The translations under genes and the position numbers were made by a program. From contig JBDRRF010000076.1 of assembly GCA_043825875.1 (NCBI GenBank), positions 128,001-192,000 on the forward strand: 64,000 nucleotides of DNA, in the 5' to 3' direction. The first letter of the stretch is position 1; each line of letters opens with the position of its first letter. Shown here one piece after another: positions 57,896 to 64,000 of the stretch. Origin of the DNA: Pseudomonadota bacterium (lineage in GTDB: Bacteria > Desulfobacterota > Desulfobacteria > Desulfobacterales > RPRI01). The notes beneath the pieces were generated by a model, which saw only the letters and a list, made by a program, of their open reading frames with translations, searched no databases and had not been told where the DNA came from.

Positions 57896-59620
57896 CTACC
57901 AACGTAATGTAGCCGACAGATAAGCATTCCATACCTTGTCGACAACCGGGAATAAGGCATCAAAAGAAGTTAATTTATTGATTCTAACCGGCTCACCCAA
58001 TGGATTTCCACTTCCGGTATAGTCATAATCATAGTACTGACCGCCAAGTTGTATGAAAAAATTTCGGCCGACTATAGGCTGGTTATAATAGATTTCATAT
58101 ACCTGTCCACGGGTAGCAAGTTTGCTCCCGATAAGTGAATCTTCGGCACCGGTAAAATTAAACCAGTATTTTGATCCATAGTTATATTCCAGGCCAACCT
58201 TGGCATCCAGCGGCATGGGGAAAATGGCCCCCACATAGATCATGTATCCATCCCGGCTTTTCAAGTCTCCGTTGGAACTCAAAAGACCCTGACCCATAAT
58301 CTCATAAAATGGATTTTCCGAGATCTGTGATGGGTCCGTATGACTCCATGAACCGGATATAAAGAAATCGATATCTTTATCAAATTTCTCAGTAAGATTT
58401 GATCTTACAAGTAATGAAGCAGCTTGCCAGTCACCGATATTACTAGTTGGCTCAAGCCTGCTGATAAATCCCCCATAATTTTTTTGAAAATAATACTCAT
58501 TAACACCGTCATTGTTAAGATCGTCTTTATAGGCGATAAACGGCATAACCGTCAGACCCGTAAAACCGTCGGTAACATCCCATGCATAGGCATAATTCAA
58601 TACTGCACTGGTTGTATCGTTATTAAAAAGCGTTGCAATAAAACCAGCCATGTGGACATCATCTACATCCGCAGTACTGCTCAATGAAGCGCTGTTGCCA
58701 TATTCGCTTTCAAAACCCAAACCATAGCAGAATTTTAATTCAAAACCGGGAATGTTTGTGGCATCCTCTAAACCAAAGCTTAAAGAAGCACCATCAAATT
58801 GCCAGTTAATAAGCGTAGCTACGGGTGATCCGCCCTCAAGGCCGTTGTTACGGTATTCAAGCGGTGGACCTTCTGTGGAGGGTCGACGACCCAAAGACAG
58901 GTTAAACGGCACTGATCCCATATAGTTTTTATAATTAAAATATGCCCGTTCAAGACGAATAGTGTCTCCGTGGGGCAGGCTTGATGTATTGCCGTCAAAT
59001 GTAGCGTCTCCAAGGCTTCCATGGTTGAATTTGACACCGGTGCTGTCACCATATACCTTGTATGTTGCTAAACGACCGGCAAAAGCAAGGTTGTCATTAA
59101 CTTTGGCTTTCATTTCCAAACGTATCCTGTTGGTGTAAATGATGTCATTGTTAATATCGTATTGCTCAACAGGCGGAACCATACCGCCTGCTATCATACC
59201 AGCAATACCCGCTTGAGCCTGTGCAAGTGTTGCACCATTAAAGCCTGTTGGAGCGTTAACAAAAAAACCGTTTACCAGAGAGCTTGGCGCCACTCTGAGA
59301 TCCTGGTAGTGAATGCTTTCAGCCCTGGTTCTTAAATCAATGCCAAATGAGATTTTGTCGGTGGCCGTATGAAGTTCAGCCTTGTTGAGCCGACTATCCA
59401 TCTCTTTGATCTGGTCCTTTTTTTCAGACTCTGTTGTCTCCATGGCTTCAATTCTTTTCTGGAGTTCCTCCATTTGTTGAGACATGGTCTGAAGTTGCTC
59501 TTTAAGAGTCTGAATTTCGTTTTCAGCAAAAACATCAGATACTGAAAACAGAGACAACAGAAAGAACAGACCAAAGATTTCAGCAAAAATTTTTACCCTT
59601 AATTTTTTTTTCTGTTTCAA
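57896..59620 (-). CDS. DUF3373-like outer-membrane beta-barrel protein
   Basis: Signal peptide, N-terminal coiled coil, GRRPSTEG, KLATRG, terminal aromatic residue. Confidence 0.8.
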   Translation of the reverse strand: MKQKKKLRVKIFAEIFGLFFLLSLFSVSDVFAENEIQTLKEQLQTMSQQMEELQKRIEAMETTESEKKDQIKEMDSRLNKAELHTATDKISFGIDLRTRAESIHYQDLRVAPSSLVNGFFVNAPTGFNGATLAQAQAGIAGMIAGGMVPPVEQYDINNDIIYTNRIRLEMKAKVNDNLAFAGRLATYKVYGDSTGVKFNHGSLGDATFDGNTSSLPHGDTIRLERAYFNYKNYMGSVPFNLSLGRRPSTEGPPLEYRNNGLEGGSPVATLINWQFDGASLSFGLEDATNIPGFELKFCYGLGFESEYGNSASLSSTADVDDVHMAGFIATLFNNDTTSAVLNYAYAWDVTDGFTGLTVMPFIAYKDDLNNDGVNEYYFQKNYGGFISRLEPTSNIGDWQAASLLVRSNLTEKFDKDIDFFISGSWSHTDPSQISENPFYEIMGQGLLSSNGDLKSRDGYMIYVGAIFPMPLDAKVGLEYNYGSKYWFNFTGAEDSLIGSKLATRGQVYEIYYNQPIVGRNFFIQLGGQYYDYDYTGSGNPLGEPVRINKLTSFDALFPVVDKVWNAYLSATLRW

Positions 59621-59742
59621 TTTTCCCTCCTTTTTAAATGTATAACTGTACCCGATACTTTTGAGGCAGGTGCATGGTTAGTGCATCCAATATGAACCCG
59701 AAATATTATCAACACCCGGAACCAGCAGTAACAGATCACCAG

Positions 59743-59758
59743 AGCAATGATTGTACCA
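59743..59758 (-). promoter_or_regulatory. sigma54 promoter of the sulfur operon
   Basis: TGGTAC-AATCA-TTGCT; GTTAAC/TTTACA repeats at 59851-59892 as candidate enhancer. Confidence 0.75.
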
Positions 59759-60254
59759 AATGAAAAGAAAAAGATAAGCAAATAGTTAATTAATTGAAAT
59801 AATAATGCAATTTACCATCTTGTTTTTTTCTTGCATTATTCGGTTTTATTGTTATGTTAACAGGTGTTAACTTTACAGGTTTACAATTAAACGATAATTT
59901 TTTATCCGTTTAATTTCATGCATCAGACCAATAGCTCTGTTAGTGCACCCTCAAGAGGTTCAACCGGTCCAGGGTACAATATTTGGAAAGTGGTTATAGG
60001 TTCTTCCTTAAGGAAAGGCCCAAAAAATTAGGGATTAAGTAAAAAGAACCATTTGAAAACTGAAAAATTTTAACACATAAAAAAAAGAACTGCAAATATT
60101 ATGTAATTGTTGTTTCTTAATTTTGAAGTAAAACCATATAAGATTAACTTAGAATAAAGATCTGCATACCACCATCTCTGCTGATAATATATTGATCCTT
60201 ATGTTGTAATGTATTCATTCTTTATAAAAACTTCAGATTGGGGAGAAAATCGTT

Positions 60255-61640
60255 ATGGATATCGGAAAGCACTGGGAAACGATTATAGAAACCATACAGG
60301 ACGGAGTTTTGGTGATCGATCCGGAAGGTAATATTATGTCCGCAAATCCTGCGGCTGAGCGTTTGACAGGATATTCATCCAAAGAACTTATCGGTAAGTC
60401 TTGCCGTATTTTAAACTGCACGGGATGCAAAATTAAAGGAGGGGGTCCCGGGGAAGTATGGTGCAAACTTTTTGTAAAGGGCAAAAGTAAAAACAAGAAA
60501 TGTTTGATGACTCATAAAGATCGCCGCACTGTACACATTATCAAAAGCGCGACCGTTCTGCATGATAAAGACGGAGAGATAATTGGCGCCGTAGAAACCC
60601 TGACCGATGTTTCACAATTGGTGCGCCAACAACAAGAAATTGTATCTTTAAGAAAAACATATCACTTGGATGATGGTTATTACGGGATACTGGGCAAATC
60701 TGTAATTATGCAGAACATGTTTGAACTGATTGATAATGTTGCCCAGTCGGACGCTCCGGTCATGATTCAGGGTCAAAGTGGTACGGGCAAAGAAATGGTG
60801 GCCAGGGCAATTCATCAGGCCAGTGCTCGTTGTGATAAACCTTTTGTAAAAGTAAACTGTGCTGCTTTGAATGAAAACCTTCTGGAAAGCGAACTCTTCG
60901 GTCATATCAAAGGGGCTTATACCGGAGCCGATAAAACGAGAATCGGACGTTTCGAGGCTGCCCATGAAGGCACCATATTTCTGGATGAAATCGGTGACAT
61001 ACCCCTTTCGATTCAGGTAAAGCTTCTTCGTGTCTTAGAGGAAAAAGAAATTGAACGGGTCGGCGACCATAACCCTATTCCTGTTAATGTGCGTATAATT
61101 ACTGCAACAAACAAAAACCTTGAACAATTAATTGATAAGGGACTTTTCCGGGAAGATTTATTTTTTCGTATAAATGTTTTTCCGCTCCATTGCCCGACTC
61201 TTTCGGAAAGGATGGAAGATATTCCATTTATAGTTCAGAGTTTTATTAAGCAAAATTCAATCCGGAGCGGCAAAAAAATTCTGGGTGTCACACCTGAAGT
61301 AATGGAAATCTTCTCCTCCTATTCCTGGCCGGGAAATGTCAGAGAGCTTAGAAACGCTATCGAATATGCATTTGTGCTTTGCTCCGGCGGAGCAATTGGA
61401 AAACAACATTTACCACTAAAAATTTTAAAGGCCAAAGGAGCGAGTTCAAAATCAGCAATCTGCTCCCAGAACGATTCTGTGGAACGTGAAAAGCTCATAA
61501 AGATTCTTCAAGAAGCCAACGGGAATCAGTCCGAAGCTGCCAGGGTCTTAGGCATCAGCCGGGTCACAATTTGGAAAAGGATGAAAAAATACGGTATTAA
61601 ACCAACAATAGATTTAAATGGAGAAAAAAATTTAACATAA
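60255..61640 (+). CDS. PAS-AAA+-Fis sigma54 activator
   Basis: [34 protein letters not shown]; Cys-rich PAS domain. Confidence 0.95.
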   Translation: MDIGKHWETIIETIQDGVLVIDPEGNIMSANPAAERLTGYSSKELIGKSCRILNCTGCKIKGGGPGEVWCKLFVKGKSKNKKCLMTHKDRRTVHIIKSATVLHDKDGEIIGAVETLTDVSQLVRQQQEIVSLRKTYHLDDGYYGILGKSVIMQNMFELIDNVAQSDAPVMIQGQSGTGKEMVARAIHQASARCDKPFVKVNCAALNENLLESELFGHIKGAYTGADKTRIGRFEAAHEGTIFLDEIGDIPLSIQVKLLRVLEEKEIERVGDHNPIPVNVRIITATNKNLEQLIDKGLFREDLFFRINVFPLHCPTLSERMEDIPFIVQSFIKQNSIRSGKKILGVTPEVMEIFSSYSWPGNVRELRNAIEYAFVLCSGGAIGKQHLPLKILKAKGASSKSAICSQNDSVEREKLIKILQEANGNQSEAARVLGISRVTIWKRMKKYGIKPTIDLNGEKNLT

Positions 61641-62141
61641 ACCGGAAAATATTTTCAGACTTTCAATTCCCCTTTAAATGATATGAAGCTATCTAAAAAG
61701 CAGTATTATTGTTATTCATACGCAAACGAATATTTTTTTAACAATAAGTTAAATATCATAGAGTATAAGGCTGATTGTTTGCTTGTTTTCTTATCAATTT
61801 ATGATATATAGCTGATAAATTTATTTATATTTCAAAATAGCCGCGAATTTTTATAATTATAAAAGTTTTTTACAGAATCATGGGCTTGTTTTTTGCTTTG
61901 TTTTTCTAAACCTTAAAATTAGGTTTGTACCTTATATTGATGGGATACATGGTAACATTATTCAAATTCCTGAGGGCAATGCTTGATATATAATTATTTT
62001 AACTTTTTATAAATACTTAAGAATTACCGGAGTAATCGGCCCGGTTGGAAAGCCGATTTTTTTTACTCTTTTATATATATAATATGAACAACAGTATCAT
62101 TTTGTTATTCAAATGATCAAAAAAAGCTGGAGGTAAAAAAA

Positions 62142-62357
62142 ATGAGTCAGGAAGTGCGGTCTCCGATGCAGGGAGTTATTCTGGAGATTAAGGTTAAAGA
62201 AGGCGACAAGGTAGCTGAAGATGATGAGCTTTTTATTCTTGAAGCAATGAAAATGGAAAACCCTATATATGCCCCGTCAAACGGAACGGTAAAGGAGATC
62301 AAAGTTAAAAAAAAGGATAGCGTTGAAGTAGAACAGGTATTAATGGTCTTGGAATAA
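62142..62357 (+). CDS. Biotin carboxyl carrier protein
   Basis: EAMKME motif. Confidence 0.92.
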   Translation: MSQEVRSPMQGVILEIKVKEGDKVAEDDELFILEAMKMENPIYAPSNGTVKEIKVKKKDSVEVEQVLMVLE

Positions 62358-62502
62358 ACAAGAAATAAAGTGTATTTTATAAAGGTATTATAATTTACTG
62401 TTTTAATAAATTACAAAAATCAGCTACATTTAGCTGATTTTTGTAATTTATATATTTTGCATCTGCAACAGGTTTCAGCATTATTTTTTAAGGAGGTATT
62501 TT

Positions 62503-62649
62503 ATGGCTGAAAATATTTGGGTAACCGCAATCAGGATTTTTATATATGGCTTTGGCACAGTATGTACCAGTTTAATAACATTAATGTTTTGTATCAAACT
62601 AATGAGTGCTGCAATCCTGAGACTGAAAGGCAGTGAAAAAAATGGCTGA
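62503..62649 (+). CDS. OadG-like small decarboxylase subunit (48 aa, absent from the ORF track)
   Basis: AGGAGG RBS; one transmembrane helix; overlaps the beta-subunit start. Confidence 0.7.
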   Translation: MAENIWVTAIRIFIYGFGTVCTSLITLMFCIKLMSAAILRLKGSEKNG

Positions 62650-63790
62650 AAATTTTCCTTTATTGAATCAGATTATCTTTAATACAGGTTTTCTTCATTT
62701 GCAAATCGGCCACGTAATAATGTGGATTATTGCCTTTACCTTTATTTATCTTGCCATAAAAAAAGAATTTGAACCGCTTCTTTTGTTGCCTATCGGTTTT
62801 GGAATACTTCTTGTTAATCTTCCTTTAGCACCAATAATGGGAATGACTGAAGGAGCTGAAGGTCTGCAAAGAGATCTTGTTAAATGGTTTTATGACTTCG
62901 GTATAGCTACTGAGATTATCCCATGTCTGATTTTTATGGGTGTAGGCGCACTTACTGATTTTGGGCCTTTGATAGCAAACCCTAAAACTTTGCTTCTGGG
63001 AGCTGCCGCACAATTTGGAGTATACATAGCTTTTTTCGGAGCAATAATTTTCGGATTCAACCTGCAGGAAGCCGCATCTATAGGCATTATAGGCGGCGCT
63101 GACGGACCCACATGCATATATCTTACTTCAAAACTGGCTCCGCAATTGTTGGGCGCAAATGCTTTGGCTGCGTATTCCTACATGGCAATGGTGCCTCTGA
63201 TTCAGCCTCCTATTATGAGACTGCTCACCACCAAGGCAGAACGAAAAATCAAAATGAAACAAATGCGGCCTGTTTCAAAAACAGAAAAAATAATTTTCCC
63301 TTTAATTGGGACAATTCTTATCTGTATGCTTGTCCCTCCTGCAGCCCCCTTAATAGGTATGATGTTTCTTGGAAATCTTTTCAAAGAAAGCGGAGTTGTT
63401 GAAAGATTAAGCCATGCAGCACAAAATGAGCTTTTAAATATTGTCACTATATTCCTTGGCTTAGCAATTGGTGCCACAATGAATGCTGAAGCATTTCTTA
63501 AACCCCAACCTATTTTCATCTTCTTTCTAGGACTTGCTGCTTTTGCTTTCGGCACTGCAAGCGGAATAATAATGGCTAAAGTTATGAATCTGTTTTTAAA
63601 AGATAAAATTAACCCCCTTATAGGTTCTGCAGGTGTTTCAGCTGTTCCTATGGCAGCCAGGGTATCGCAAATAGAGGGGCAAAAAGCCAATAAGCAAAAT
63701 TTTCTATTGATGCATGCCATGGGGCCTAATGTTGCCGGGGTAATAGGCACAGCAATAGCCGCCGGATTATTTTTGACAATGCTTAAATAA
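62642..63790 (+). CDS. Na+-translocating decarboxylase beta subunit
   Basis: [36 protein letters not shown]. Confidence 0.95.
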   Translation: MAENFPLLNQIIFNTGFLHLQIGHVIMWIIAFTFIYLAIKKEFEPLLLLPIGFGILLVNLPLAPIMGMTEGAEGLQRDLVKWFYDFGIATEIIPCLIFMGVGALTDFGPLIANPKTLLLGAAAQFGVYIAFFGAIIFGFNLQEAASIGIIGGADGPTCIYLTSKLAPQLLGANALAAYSYMAMVPLIQPPIMRLLTTKAERKIKMKQMRPVSKTEKIIFPLIGTILICMLVPPAAPLIGMMFLGNLFKESGVVERLSHAAQNELLNIVTIFLGLAIGATMNAEAFLKPQPIFIFFLGLAAFAFGTASGIIMAKVMNLFLKDKINPLIGSAGVSAVPMAARVSQIEGQKANKQNFLLMHAMGPNVAGVIGTAIAAGLFLTMLK

Positions 63791-63809
63791 AAATTATGGC
63801 AGAAACCTG

Positions 63810-64000
63810 ATGATAAATCAGAAAAATCAGGACAACTTAAAAATTGCAATGCTGGGTTCCTTTCCCCCGCTTCGCGGACTCAGCAGTTATTGTCTGGAGC
63901 TTGCCTTGTCTGTCGCAGATCTGACTGATATAGAATTTATCTCATTTAAAAAACTATATCCGGCTTTCATGTACCCTGGGGGTGATCTAAAAGAAGACAA
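63810..64000 (+). CDS. Glycosyltransferase family 4 (partial)
   Basis: LKIAMLGSFPPLRGLSSY...FKKLYP; runs off the window end. Confidence 0.7.
   Translation, partial: MINQKNQDNLKIAMLGSFPPLRGLSSYCLELALSVADLTDIEFISFKKLYPAFMYPGGDLKED

Noticed and set aside
63202..63849. 215-aa minus-strand ORF and similar antisense ORFs over core genes
   Set aside because: Shadows of well-supported genes on the opposite strand

Overview
AT-rich chromosomal window, most likely from a sulfate-reducing deltaproteobacterium (Desulfobacterales-like; inferred from gene content, not searched). 1-21 kb is a patchy accessory region: CHASE2-SH3-M48 cassette, gene remnants, IS200 and MITE debris, a sigma54-controlled PEP-CTERM gene, a Fic gene with periodic upstream repeats, an SNF2/YqhG-like pair, and an iron-sulfur flavoprotein split by one in-frame TGA. 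21-44 kb is core: tgt, ettA, the Wood-Ljungdahl cluster (acsD-cooS-acsB-acsC-acsE, RACo/ASKHA activator, fhs), ptsH-ptsI and smpB. The main finding is an ~8.3-kb element integrated in tRNA-Asn(GTT), bounded by 53-bp direct repeats (44247-44299 and 52533-52585), which looks like a phage satellite. It has an integrase with arm-type sites, a toxin-antitoxin pair, an AlpA/Xis-like HTH, and a double-HTH initiator followed by phased iterons, but no recognisable primase, capsid or tail gene. It also has a repeat protein resembling a scaffold tail, and a small-terminase/Rpp-like gene enclosed by two inverted lambda-cos-like sites (GGGTCCT-N17-identical 20-mer). Four predicted three-way-junction RNAs lie in the element; two are one family whose variable loop is complementary to each copy's own downstream RBS-like site. 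52.8-61.6 kb is a sigma54-type sulfur operon (DUF3373-like protein, YedE-TusA-DsrE YTD-like cluster, octaheme tetrathionate reductase, cytochrome b). The window ends with Na+-translocating decarboxylase subunits. All family assignments come from reading motifs; no database search was run.
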